From the NCBI GenBank assembly GCA_031381325.1, contig JANMXV010000743.1:1-49749 (forward strand): 49,749 bases of DNA. Reading direction: 5' to 3'. Below the pieces are notes generated by a model, which saw nothing but the letters and a program-made list of their open reading frames with translations, had not been told where the DNA came from and did not search any database. This stretch comes from Betaproteobacteria bacterium. Lineage in GTDB: Bacteria > Pseudomonadota > Gammaproteobacteria > Burkholderiales > SG8-41. A program made the position numbers and the translations under genes. Positions 21,476 through 29,760 of the stretch are shown here, in pieces. Numbering within the stretch: position 1 is the first letter of the stretch; each line of letters begins with the position of its first letter.

Positions 21476-21919
21476 GTGGCCTATAAAATCCCGGTGTCCG
21501 TGCTGGTGGTGATACACACCCTGGACCTCCATGTGTTGCTTATAGAGCGTGCCGACCGGCCGGGATTCTGGCAATCGGTGACCGGCAGTAAAGACGCCGA
21601 GGAAGAGTCGCTCGAAACCACCGCCGTACGCGAAGTGGGCGAGGAAACCGGCCTGGATGCACGGCTTTACCCGCTGCGCAACTGGAACAAGCAGAATCAA
21701 TTCGAGATTTTTTCGCGCTGGCGTGGCCGTTACGCGCCCGGCACCACGCACAACCAGGAACACGTGTTCAGCCTGGCGTTGCCCACGGCACTGCCAGTAA
21801 TTTTGGCGCCGAAGGAGCACCTGCAATACCTGTGGCTGCCGTGGCAGGAAGCCGCCGAAAAGTGTTTTTCCTGGAGTAACGCAGATGCCATTCGTGAGCT
21901 ACCGCACAGAACGCATTGA
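21476..21919 (+). CDS. nudB: Dihydroneopterin triphosphate pyrophosphatase (NUDIX)
   Basis: GTG start. YKIPVSVLVVIHT...GFWQSVTGS...E....TAVREVGEETG is the Nudix box in NudB context. aspS-nudB linkage is common in Proteobacteria. Confidence 0.85.
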   Translation: MAYKIPVSVLVVIHTLDLHVLLIERADRPGFWQSVTGSKDAEEESLETTAVREVGEETGLDARLYPLRNWNKQNQFEIFSRWRGRYAPGTTHNQEHVFSLALPTALPVILAPKEHLQYLWLPWQEAAEKCFSWSNADAIRELPHRTH

Positions 21920-21940
21920 AAATAATGTGTTAAATCGCAT

Positions 21941-22025
21941 GGTCGCCTGCAAACCCGTTTAAATTCCGGCGCACCAAATGTGCGTTCGCACATTATTGCG
22001 ACCCCGGCTGGGGGAATTCCGCAAT
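21941..22025 (+). promoter_or_regulatory. Three consecutive hairpins or palindromes in the nadA leader
   Basis: GGTCGCC(21941-47)/GGCG-c-ACC(21968-75); perfect palindrome AATGTGCG-TT-CGCACATT (21977-21994); ATTGCG-a-CCCC-ggct-GGGG-gaatt-CGCAAT (21995-22025). None is followed by a T tract. The cluster ends 90 nt upstream of the nadA ATG. Confidence 0.35.
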
Positions 22026-22115
22026 GGAAATCGGGTCTTAGTGTGATATCTTTCCAAGCTTTCCCGAAGTTATCGTTTCAAAAAAGTGGGACGAAAGTGC
22101 AAGCGAGAGGACGTC

Positions 22116-23222
22116 ATGGAAACCAGCACCGTCAATATGATCAAGTTTGACCGCTACAAGCCACTGGCCGACGCAGACTGTCAGCCGCGCATTGTTGCCG
22201 CCAAGAAGGCGCTGGGCAAGCGCGCAGTGATCCTCGGCCATCACTACCAACGTGCTGACGTTTACCGCCACGCCGATCTGGTGGGTGACTCCTTGGGGCT
22301 ATCCAAGCTCGCGTCGCGCACCGAGGCCGATTATCTGGTGTTCTGCGGCGTGCATTTCATGGCGGAAGTGGCGGACATCCTCTCCAAGCCGACGCAAACG
22401 GTGATTCTGCCGGACATGAGTGCGGGCTGCTCAATGGCGGACATGGCGAATTTGACGAAGGTTGAGCGTGCCTGGCGCGAAATCGGCGAAGTGCTGGAAC
22501 CCGACGAAGTGATTACGCCGATTACCTACATCAATTCCGCAGCCGATCTCAAGGCGTTTTGCGGCGAACACGGCGGCATAGTCTGCACCTCGAGTAACGC
22601 GCGGCAGATACTGCAATGGGCGTTCGCGCGGCGGGAGAAAGTTTTGTTTTTCCCCGACCAGCATCTGGGCCGCTGGACCGGCTATTTGATGGACATCCCG
22701 CTGGCGGAAATGCTGGTGTGGGATCCCGATCTGCCGATGGGCGGATTGACGCCGCAACAGATCAAGATGGCGAAGGTGCTGCTGTGGAAGGGCCATTGTT
22801 CGGTACATCAAATGTTCCAGGCCTCGCACATTCTGCGCTGGCGCCAGCAAAACCCGACGGGCGCGGTGATCAGCCATCCTGAGTGCAACTTCGAGGTGTG
22901 CAAGCTCTCCGATTACGTCGGCTCCACCGACTACATCATCAAGACCATTGCCGCCAGCGCGCCCGGCACGCGCTGGCTGGTGGGCACCGAGTTGAACCTC
23001 GTGAATCGAATCGCCGAAGAATTCAAGCCGCAAGGCAAGGTGGTGCAGTTCATGGCGCCCACGGTATGCATGTGCTCGACCATGGCGCGCATCGACCCGC
23101 AGCATCTGGCGTGGACACTCGAAAATCTGGTGGCCGGTAAAGTGGTCAATCAGATCAAAGTGCCGCAACGCGAAGCCGATCTCGCACGCATTACGCTGGA
23201 TCGCATGCTGGCGGTTTCCTGA
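22116..23222 (+). CDS. nadA: Quinolinate synthase
   Basis: ATG at 22116 with GAGAGG upstream (the ORF-track GTG at 22086 is possible but lacks an RBS). RAVILGHHYQR..V...AD.VGDSL.LS......EADYLVFCGVHFMAE..DIL is typical NadA. Confidence 0.92.
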   Translation: METSTVNMIKFDRYKPLADADCQPRIVAAKKALGKRAVILGHHYQRADVYRHADLVGDSLGLSKLASRTEADYLVFCGVHFMAEVADILSKPTQTVILPDMSAGCSMADMANLTKVERAWREIGEVLEPDEVITPITYINSAADLKAFCGEHGGIVCTSSNARQILQWAFARREKVLFFPDQHLGRWTGYLMDIPLAEMLVWDPDLPMGGLTPQQIKMAKVLLWKGHCSVHQMFQASHILRWRQQNPTGAVISHPECNFEVCKLSDYVGSTDYIIKTIAASAPGTRWLVGTELNLVNRIAEEFKPQGKVVQFMAPTVCMCSTMARIDPQHLAWTLENLVAGKVVNQIKVPQREADLARITLDRMLAVS

Positions 23223-23241
23223 AATTTTTTGATTCCGTAAC

Positions 23242-23273
23242 GGCGTGTCGCGCGGGCGGCACGCCTTTTTTTT
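23242..23273 (+). terminator. Intrinsic terminator after nadA
   Basis: GGCGTG...CACGCC stem (23242-23265) followed by T8 (23266-23273). Confidence 0.75.
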
Positions 23274-23310
23274 GATTGACATTGCAGCGTGTTGCGGTGT
23301 TGAAACTGCC

Positions 23311-23393
23311 TTCCCTCACCCTCGGTTCCTCCCCGGAGGGAGAGGGATGAAAAAGCCCTTCTTCCCCCGGGAGAAGGGTCGGGATGAGGGAAA
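23311..23393 (+). repeat. Structured GC-rich intergenic repeat element, copy 1
   Basis: TTCCCTCACCCTCGGT...GGGAGAGGGATGAAAA.GCCCTTCT...GGGATGAGGGAAA. An outer stem encloses two inner hairpins. A second copy lies at 39656-39756 in the same orientation. Confidence 0.8.
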
Positions 23394-23402
23394 GGTTTTT
23401 GC

Positions 23403-24203
23403 GTGGATACGAATCATTCGACAATTGACGGCCTTCAGCACAAACCCGCCGGCAAACTGCGCATCGCAACCTATAACATTCATAAAGGCTTGTCGATTTT
23501 CAACCGGCGCGTGGTGATCCACGCGCTGCGCGACCAGTTGCGCGCGCTTGACGCCGATGTGGTGTTTTTGCAGGAGGTATCAGGCCGGCACGACGCGCAC
23601 GCACGGCGTCACGGTAATTGGCCGGGCACGCCGCAACACGAGTTTCTCGCTGATCTGGTGTGGCAGGACCATGCCTATGGACGCAACGCGGTTGACGACA
23701 ACGGCGAGCACGGTAATGCGATACTTTCGCGCTTTCCGATACTGCGCTGGGAAAATCAGGACGTCTCGGCACATCGTTTCGAAAGCCGCGGGCTGCTGCA
23801 CGCCGAGATCGAAGTGCCGGGCTGGCCACAGCCGCTGCATTGCGTATGTGTACACTTGGCACTCACCGCGCGCGGCCGCGGTCGCCAACTGGAACATCTG
23901 CGCCAGCGTATCGAGCGCATGGTGCCGGAGAATGCGCCGCTGATCGTGGCGGGCGATTTTAACGACTGGTACTGGCGGCATCGCGCCACGCACGAATTCG
24001 CGCATCCGCTCAACATGCAGGAGGTGTTCGAGGCCGACGGCGGCCGGCCGGCACGCAGTTATCCGGCGCTATTGCCTTTCTTGCGCCTCGACCGCATCTA
24101 TGTTCGTGGGTTTCGCGTGTGTGACGCCAAGGTGCAGCGCGGGCGCGGCTGGCGACTGAGCTCCGATCACCGTGCGTTGACTTGTGATCTAAATTTAATA
24201 TAA
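23403..24203 (+). CDS. Endonuclease/exonuclease/phosphatase (EEP) family protein
   Basis: 266-aa ORF with a GTG start. Contains LRIATYNIHKG, DADVVFLQEV, VAGDFND and SDHRAL blocks typical of EEP enzymes. Confidence 0.85.
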   Translation: MDTNHSTIDGLQHKPAGKLRIATYNIHKGLSIFNRRVVIHALRDQLRALDADVVFLQEVSGRHDAHARRHGNWPGTPQHEFLADLVWQDHAYGRNAVDDNGEHGNAILSRFPILRWENQDVSAHRFESRGLLHAEIEVPGWPQPLHCVCVHLALTARGRGRQLEHLRQRIERMVPENAPLIVAGDFNDWYWRHRATHEFAHPLNMQEVFEADGGRPARSYPALLPFLRLDRIYVRGFRVCDAKVQRGRGWRLSSDHRALTCDLNLI

Positions 24204-24235
24204 ATATTTTCTATCATGATCTTTAAGATTCGATT

Positions 24236-26083
24236 TTGCGAGTGGTTCGTTTGAGCGCCCAGTTGCATACTCATGGCGTGGTGAAAATAGCTGCAGCGGA
24301 GGCCAAATCCGCGCGCAACGAATGGCGTGTAGTGCCCACGCTGTTGCCGTTCTTGTGGGAATACAAATGGCGCGTGGCGCTTGCCCTGACTTTTCTCGTC
24401 GCGGCCAAGCTTGCCAACGTCGGCGTGCCGCTGCTGATGAAGGCGATCGTCGATGACCTGACGCCCACGCAGCAAATGCTCGCGGTACCGTTGTTGCTGC
24501 TCGTGGCCTACGGCTTTTTGCGTTTTGCCAACACGATGTTCGCGGAATTGCGCGACATGGTGTTTGTGCGCGTCGCGCAGCGCGCGGTGCGCCGCGTCGC
24601 ATTGAACGTGTTTCGCCATTTGCACAGCCTGTCGCTGCGGTTCCATCTGAATCGCCAGACCGGCGGCATGACCCGTGACATCGAGCGCGGCACGCGCGGC
24701 ATTTCCACGCTGCTGACGTTCATGCTGTTTTCAATCATTCCGGTGATACTGGAGTTTCTGCTGGTGGCCGCGGTGTTGTTCGCGCGTTTCGACTGGCGCT
24801 TTGTTGCGGTGACGTTTGGCGCCGTGGCGGCCTATATTATTTTCACGATATCGATTACCGAATGGCGCACCGCGATCCGGCGCCGCGCCAACGAGCTCGA
24901 TTCAAAAGCCAACACGCGCGCCGTCGACAGTCTGCTCAATTACGAAACCGTCAAGTATTTCAATAACGAGGAATTCGAAGCGCAGCGCTACGATGCAAAC
25001 CTCACCAGCTACGAAGCCGCCGCGGTAAAGACCGAGGCTTCGTTGGGCTTTCTCAATATCGGCCAGAGCGCCATCATCGCTGTTGCCGCGACCACGCTGA
25101 TGGTGCTTGCCGCGCAGGGCGTGGCCGCGAAAAATCTGACGCTGGGCGATCTGGTGCTGGTCAACGCGTTGTTGATTCAACTCTATATTCCGCTCAATTT
25201 TTTGGGCATGGCCTATCGCGAAATCAAACAATCGCTGATCGACATGGATCGCATGTTTAGCCTGCTTGAAGAAAACCGCGAAATCCAGGATAAGCCCGGC
25301 GCGCAGCCGCTTACCGGCGGACCCGCGACGGTATGTTTTGAAAACGTGAATTTCAGTTACGAGCCCGAGCGGCAAATCCTGTTCAATGTGAGTTTCGAGA
25401 TTCCCGCCGGCGCCAAGGTGGCGGTGGTCGGGCACAGCGGTTCCGGCAAATCAACACTGGCACGGCTGCTCTATCGTTTTTACGACGTGGCCGGCGGCGC
25501 GATTCGGGTGAACGGCGCCGATATTCGTGACGTGCAGCAATCGAGTCTGCGCGGAGCGACCGGCATTGTGCCGCAGGACACGGTGCTGTTTAACGACACT
25601 ATTTTCTACAATATTCACTACGGCCGCACCGGCGCGGCCCGCGACGAAGTGCTGGAGGCGGCGCGCGCGGCGCACATCCACGATTTCATCGAAAGCCTGC
25701 CCGAAGGCTACGAATCGCCGGTGGGCGAACGCGGACTCAAACTCTCCGGCGGCGAAAAACAGCGTGTGGCCATCGCGCGCGCCATTCTGAAAAACCCGCG
25801 CATCCTGATATTCGACGAGGCGACTTCGGCCCTCGACTCCAAATCAGAAAAAGCGATTCAGGAAGAACTCACGCGCATCGCCCACGGCCACACCACGCTG
25901 GTGATTGCGCATCGCTTATCCACGGTAATGGATGCCGATCAGATACTGGTGATGGATCATGGACGCATCATCGAGCGCGGCACGCATCGCGAGTTGCTGG
26001 AACGCGCCGGAATGTACGCACAAATGTGGGCGTTGCAGCAGGAGGAAGACGACAATGATGAGGGGGGCGCGAGCGGCGCGTAA
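24236..26083 (+). CDS. ABC transporter, fused permease/ATPase (ABCB / Atm1-like exporter)
   Basis: 615-aa ORF with a TTG start that is uncertain. It has an N-terminal 6-TM domain, Walker A GHSGSGKST, signature LSGGEKQR and Walker B ILIFDEATSALD. Confidence 0.9.
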   Translation: MRVVRLSAQLHTHGVVKIAAAEAKSARNEWRVVPTLLPFLWEYKWRVALALTFLVAAKLANVGVPLLMKAIVDDLTPTQQMLAVPLLLLVAYGFLRFANTMFAELRDMVFVRVAQRAVRRVALNVFRHLHSLSLRFHLNRQTGGMTRDIERGTRGISTLLTFMLFSIIPVILEFLLVAAVLFARFDWRFVAVTFGAVAAYIIFTISITEWRTAIRRRANELDSKANTRAVDSLLNYETVKYFNNEEFEAQRYDANLTSYEAAAVKTEASLGFLNIGQSAIIAVAATTLMVLAAQGVAAKNLTLGDLVLVNALLIQLYIPLNFLGMAYREIKQSLIDMDRMFSLLEENREIQDKPGAQPLTGGPATVCFENVNFSYEPERQILFNVSFEIPAGAKVAVVGHSGSGKSTLARLLYRFYDVAGGAIRVNGADIRDVQQSSLRGATGIVPQDTVLFNDTIFYNIHYGRTGAARDEVLEAARAAHIHDFIESLPEGYESPVGERGLKLSGGEKQRVAIARAILKNPRILIFDEATSALDSKSEKAIQEELTRIAHGHTTLVIAHRLSTVMDADQILVMDHGRIIERGTHRELLERAGMYAQMWALQQEEDDNDEGGASGA

Positions 26084-26104
26084 GGTTCAGCCTGGAAAAA
26101 GCGT

Positions 26105-26236
26105 ACCGCAAAGAACGCAAAGGTGCGAAAGCGCAAAGATTCGCAAAGACAATGCAGCAAAAGTACCGGCGATTCTCCCATAGGGCAAACCGCCGGTTTA
26201 CGATTTTCCTTTGCGGTATCTTTGCGTCTTTGCGGT
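26105..26236. repeat. CGCAAAG heptamer array with inverted copies (long imperfect hairpin between convergent genes)
   Basis: Five forward (C)GCAAAG/GCGAAAG units lie between 26107 and 26148. Three CTTTGCG units lie at 26209, 26220 and 26228. ACCGCAAAGAACGCAAAGG pairs with CTTTGCGTCTTTGCGGT. Confidence 0.75.
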
Positions 26237-26257
26237 TATGAAGTGCGGGTTTTGGGT

Positions 26258-27640
26258 TCAGGCGGCGGCAGGCAGCGCCACTTGCGCCAGCGTGCCGTGT
26301 TCTCCCGGGCTGGCGCGCAAACGGATTTGTCCGCCATGACGCAACACGATTTCGCGCACGATAGCGAGTCCGAGCCCGCAACCCTCCACGCCCGTGCCCA
26401 GCACGCGATGAAAGCGCTCGAGCACCGCATCGCGTTCGTTCTCCGGTATGCCGGGACCGTTGTCTTCGACGGCGATATCGATGGCGTCCCGCGCGGGCGT
26501 GAGCCGCACGGTGACGTTGCCGCCGCACTGCGTGTAACGTATGGCGTTGTCGATCAGGTTGCCGAGCATCTCGCGCAGCAGAAAATCGTCGCCGTTCACG
26601 TGAGCCGGCGTGTCGGGGCCGTCAAATCCGAGGTCGATGCCGCGCGCGAGCGCGCGCGGCACCCATTCGGTGGTGGTGGCCCGCGCCAGTGCGTTGAAGT
26701 CCAGCCGTACCATGGCTTGGGTGTGTTCGGCGGAAGGTTCGGCGCGCGCGAGTGACAGCAATTGATTGACCAGATGCGTGGTATGTTCCGCTGCGATTTG
26801 CAATTGGGTCAACGTGGCGCGCACTTCTTCGGGCGCGGACAGGCGCAGCGCCAGTTCCGTCTGCGTGCGCAAGCCCGCGATGGGCGTGCGCAATTGATGC
26901 GCGGCGTCCGCGATGAAGCGCTGTTGCGCCGACAGTGCGGCGCTCAGCCGGTGCAACAGAGCGTTCATCGATTCGATGAGCGGACGCACTTCCGAAGGCA
27001 CATGGGCCGCGGGCAGCGGCGACAGATCGCGATGCGAACGTTGTTCAATCTCCTGTCGCAACAGCGACAACGGCGCGAGCGCACGAGTTACCGAAAACCA
27101 GATGACGATAAACGCGCAGATTGCAACAAAGGCCTGGGGCAGCGCGAAACCGATCGACAGCTCGCGTATGAGTTCCGTGCGCGGCTGAACCGATTCGACG
27201 ACATGCACGGTGACTTGTCCACGCACGTCTTCGGTCTCCACCGGCAACTGAATGGCGGCGACCCGCACGGGTTGTTCGCGATAGGTGTCGTTGTAATAGT
27301 GCGCTTGCCCGGATTGGGAAGGTTGCGCGGGTTTGATATCCGGTTCGCCGGTGATGTATTCGCGGTCTGGCCCTGTCACCATGTAATAGAGCTGTCCGGT
27401 TTCGCGCGTGCGCAACATCTGAATCGCCACCTCGGGCAAATCGACATAGATACGGCCGCGCAATACGCGCACCTGCCGCCCGATATCGAGCGCCGATTCC
27501 AGCAATGCGCGATCGTAGGCCACATTGACATAACGCTTGGCAATGTCATAGTCGATGTACGCACTGATTAGCCACAGGATGCCCAAGGGAATGGACACCC
27601 ACGCCAGCACCTGCCGGCGCAGCGTTGTGCTGCTGCTCAT
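26258..27640 (-). CDS. Two-component sensor histidine kinase
   Basis: 460-aa ORF with two TM segments, H-box FIADAAHQLRTPIAGL, N-box GNLIDNAIRYT, and G-boxes DNGPGIP and GCGLGLAIV. Confidence 0.92.
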   Translation of the reverse strand: MSSSTTLRRQVLAWVSIPLGILWLISAYIDYDIAKRYVNVAYDRALLESALDIGRQVRVLRGRIYVDLPEVAIQMLRTRETGQLYYMVTGPDREYITGEPDIKPAQPSQSGQAHYYNDTYREQPVRVAAIQLPVETEDVRGQVTVHVVESVQPRTELIRELSIGFALPQAFVAICAFIVIWFSVTRALAPLSLLRQEIEQRSHRDLSPLPAAHVPSEVRPLIESMNALLHRLSAALSAQQRFIADAAHQLRTPIAGLRTQTELALRLSAPEEVRATLTQLQIAAEHTTHLVNQLLSLARAEPSAEHTQAMVRLDFNALARATTTEWVPRALARGIDLGFDGPDTPAHVNGDDFLLREMLGNLIDNAIRYTQCGGNVTVRLTPARDAIDIAVEDNGPGIPENERDAVLERFHRVLGTGVEGCGLGLAIVREIVLRHGGQIRLRASPGEHGTLAQVALPAAA

Positions 27641-28308
27641 GCGCTGTCTTTTTCCATCAAGTAGCCGAGTCCGCGTATGGTGCGTATGACCACGCCGGAA
27701 GGCTCGATCTTCTTGCGTAGCCGATGTACGCAGACTTCGATGGCATTGACGCCGACATCTTCGTCCCAGCCGTAGAGTTTTTCCGCCAACTGGTCCTTGC
27801 TCACCACGCGTCCGCTGCGCATCATCAGCACTTCCAGTACGCCCAACTCGCGCGCCGACAGATCCAGCGGCAGACCCTCTACGGTGACCCGGCGTCCGGT
27901 CGTATCAAGATGCAATTTTCCATTTAAAATCAAAGAGTTACCACCCGCAGTGCCCCGGCGTATTAAAGCCCGAACACGCGCCTCCAGTTCCGGTAACTCA
28001 AACGGTTTGGTCATGTAATCGTCAGCGCCAAGGTCAAGGCCGCGCACGCGGTCTTGCAGCGCATCATGCGCGGTCAGTACCAGCACTGGTGGTGTCGCCG
28101 CGCGGCGCCGCAACCGCTTGATGACTTCGAAGCCGTCCATCCGCGGCAGACCCAGATCGATAATCGCAAGATCATAGGTCTGCGAGGAGAGGGCGTGATC
28201 GGCTGCAACGCCGTCGTGTACACAATCGACCGCGTATTCGCCGCTGCGTAGCGAGCGGGTGAGTCCATCCGCTAATACGGGATCGTCTTCGGCTATGAGA
28301 ATGCGCAT
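27637..28308 (-). CDS. OmpR/PhoB-family response regulator
   Basis: 223-aa ORF MRILIAEDDPVLADGL...DLAIIDLGLPRMDG...LVLTA.D...DR..GL..GADDY..KPF, plus a winged-helix C-terminus ...IRTIRGLGYLM. It overlaps the kinase start by 4 nt. Confidence 0.95.
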   Translation of the reverse strand: MRILIAEDDPVLADGLTRSLRSGEYAVDCVHDGVAADHALSSQTYDLAIIDLGLPRMDGFEVIKRLRRRAATPPVLVLTAHDALQDRVRGLDLGADDYMTKPFELPELEARVRALIRRGTAGGNSLILNGKLHLDTTGRRVTVEGLPLDLSARELGVLEVLMMRSGRVVSKDQLAEKLYGWDEDVGVNAIEVCVHRLRKKIEPSGVVIRTIRGLGYLMEKDSA

Positions 28309-28499
28309 GGGTTTAGAATTTCACTATGTGAAATTACGTAAGGGATGACCGTAAGTCCTATGTAAGTTTGCACTGATATTTTATGGTCTGGTTATTTGCG
28401 GTGTGCTGGCGTGACAGTGTGCAATGGTAATGCATGGGACAAGCACGCTGATACGCGCTCAAGCTATTTGTGCCACTGCTTTCGGAATGTTTAGATTTT

Positions 28500-28598
28500 C
28501 CTCCTCGGAGGCCGGTAGTTTCAGTTGTTTGTGCTGAGCAAATGATTGTATGGCCTCTTTCTGCTCCGCCGGGGTTTACCCCGGGCGGAGTTTTTTTT
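28500..28598 (+). ncRNA. Candidate small RNA or leader transcript ending at an orphan terminator
   Basis: A strong + strand intrinsic terminator has no + strand CDS upstream of it. A possible promoter is TTGTGC (28468-73), a 17-nt spacer, then TGt-TTAGAT (28488-96). The predicted transcript of about 95 nt starts with a CU-rich CCUCCUC tract. Confidence 0.3.
28564..28598 (+). terminator. Intrinsic terminator not preceded by a CDS
   Basis: CTCCGCCGGGG-ttta-CCCCGGGCGGAG (one bulged G) followed by T8 (28591-28598). Confidence 0.7.
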
Positions 28599-28713
28599 GA
28601 GGGAGTGCCGCCGCCGCCGTTGATGACGACCAGCCCGCTGCGTAAAACACCGCGTAAAATATACTTGAAAAATATCTCGTAACCCTGTATTTTTAAGGGA
28701 TATTTTACTCTTT

Positions 28714-29712
28714 GTGGAGAGGCGTGTGCTGCGAATACTGTCTATGCTATTTTTAGCGTTATGCATCGGCAACGTCCACGCCGCAGCCAAAAAGCAGTCT
28801 CAACAACGCAAGACCATACCGAAGGCCATTGCGAGCGCCAAAGCGGTGCATAAGCCCGCCCAGCAGGCCGCGTTGCGCTCGGGCCGCGCAGGAGCCAAGC
28901 AGCGCTTCGTGCGGCGTGCCGTGGCGCCGCCTCCGCCCGAGATTTTCAATCCCGACGTGCTGGATATTCAGTCCACCGCGGTGCTGGTGGTTAATTCCAG
29001 CAACGGTAGCGTCATTTACGACAAAAATGTCAGCGCGGTTTCATCCATAGCCTCGATCACCAAGCTGATGACCGCGATGGTGGTGCTCGACGCCAAATTG
29101 CCACTCGATGAGAGCATCACGCTCACCGAAGATGATCTGGACACCATCAAGAATACCGGCTCAAGGCTACAGATGGGCACCGTGCTCACGCGCGATGAAA
29201 TGCTGCGCCTCGCGCTGATGTCGTCCGAAAACCGTGCGGCCTCGGCGCTGGGGCGCGCGTACCCGGGCGGCCTGGCGGCGTTTGTCAGGGAAATGAACCT
29301 GAAAGCGCTGTCGCTGGAAATGATGCATACGTCGTTTGTCGATAGCACGGGGCTGTCCGGCAGCAATGTATCGACGGCGCAAGACCTCGCGAAGATGGTC
29401 ACGGCGGCCTACCAGTATCCATTGATTCGCCAGTATTCCACCGGCAACGGTTACGCGGTTCACACGCACAGCGGACGCGCGCTCGAATTCAGAAATACCA
29501 ATTCACTGATCGTCAGTCCGGAATGGAGCATCGGCTTGTCCAAGACCGGCTACATTCGTGAAGCCGGGCGTTGTCTGGTGATGCATGTCACCATCGCCGG
29601 ATCGCCTATCGTCATCGTGCTGCTCGATTCATGGGGGCGGTTAAGCCGTGTTGGCGACGCCAATCGCATCAAGAGGTGGATCGAGTATCACGCGGGACGC
29701 ACCCTCGGGTAA
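28714..29712 (+). CDS. pbpG: D-alanyl-D-alanine endopeptidase (PBP7-like, peptidase S11)
   Basis: Signal peptide, SxxK motif SIASITKLMT, and SEN in LMSSENRAA. The start is uncertain (GTG at 28714 or 28726, or ATG at 28744). Confidence 0.8.
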   Translation: MERRVLRILSMLFLALCIGNVHAAAKKQSQQRKTIPKAIASAKAVHKPAQQAALRSGRAGAKQRFVRRAVAPPPPEIFNPDVLDIQSTAVLVVNSSNGSVIYDKNVSAVSSIASITKLMTAMVVLDAKLPLDESITLTEDDLDTIKNTGSRLQMGTVLTRDEMLRLALMSSENRAASALGRAYPGGLAAFVREMNLKALSLEMMHTSFVDSTGLSGSNVSTAQDLAKMVTAAYQYPLIRQYSTGNGYAVHTHSGRALEFRNTNSLIVSPEWSIGLSKTGYIREAGRCLVMHVTIAGSPIVIVLLDSWGRLSRVGDANRIKRWIEYHAGRTLG

Positions 29713-29760
29713 GCGTCGGCGAATGTGTCCGCCGCGCCCGATGGTCTCTGTGATCGCTCC

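Noticed and set aside
21995-22025. A class I NAD+ riboswitch (nadA motif) upstream of nadA.
   Set aside because: The CCCC/GGGG hairpin is reminiscent. As far as I recall, however, the conserved ACANCCCC bulge is not matched (GCGACCCC here), and that motif is known mainly from Acidobacteria. It is kept only as a generic structured-leader observation pending a covariance-model search.
26105-26236. A CRISPR-like array suggested by regularly spaced CGCAAAG units.
   Set aside because: The units are only 7 nt with 0-4 nt between them, some are inverted, and there are no spacers of phage-like length and no cas genes. This is a hairpin/REP-type repeat.
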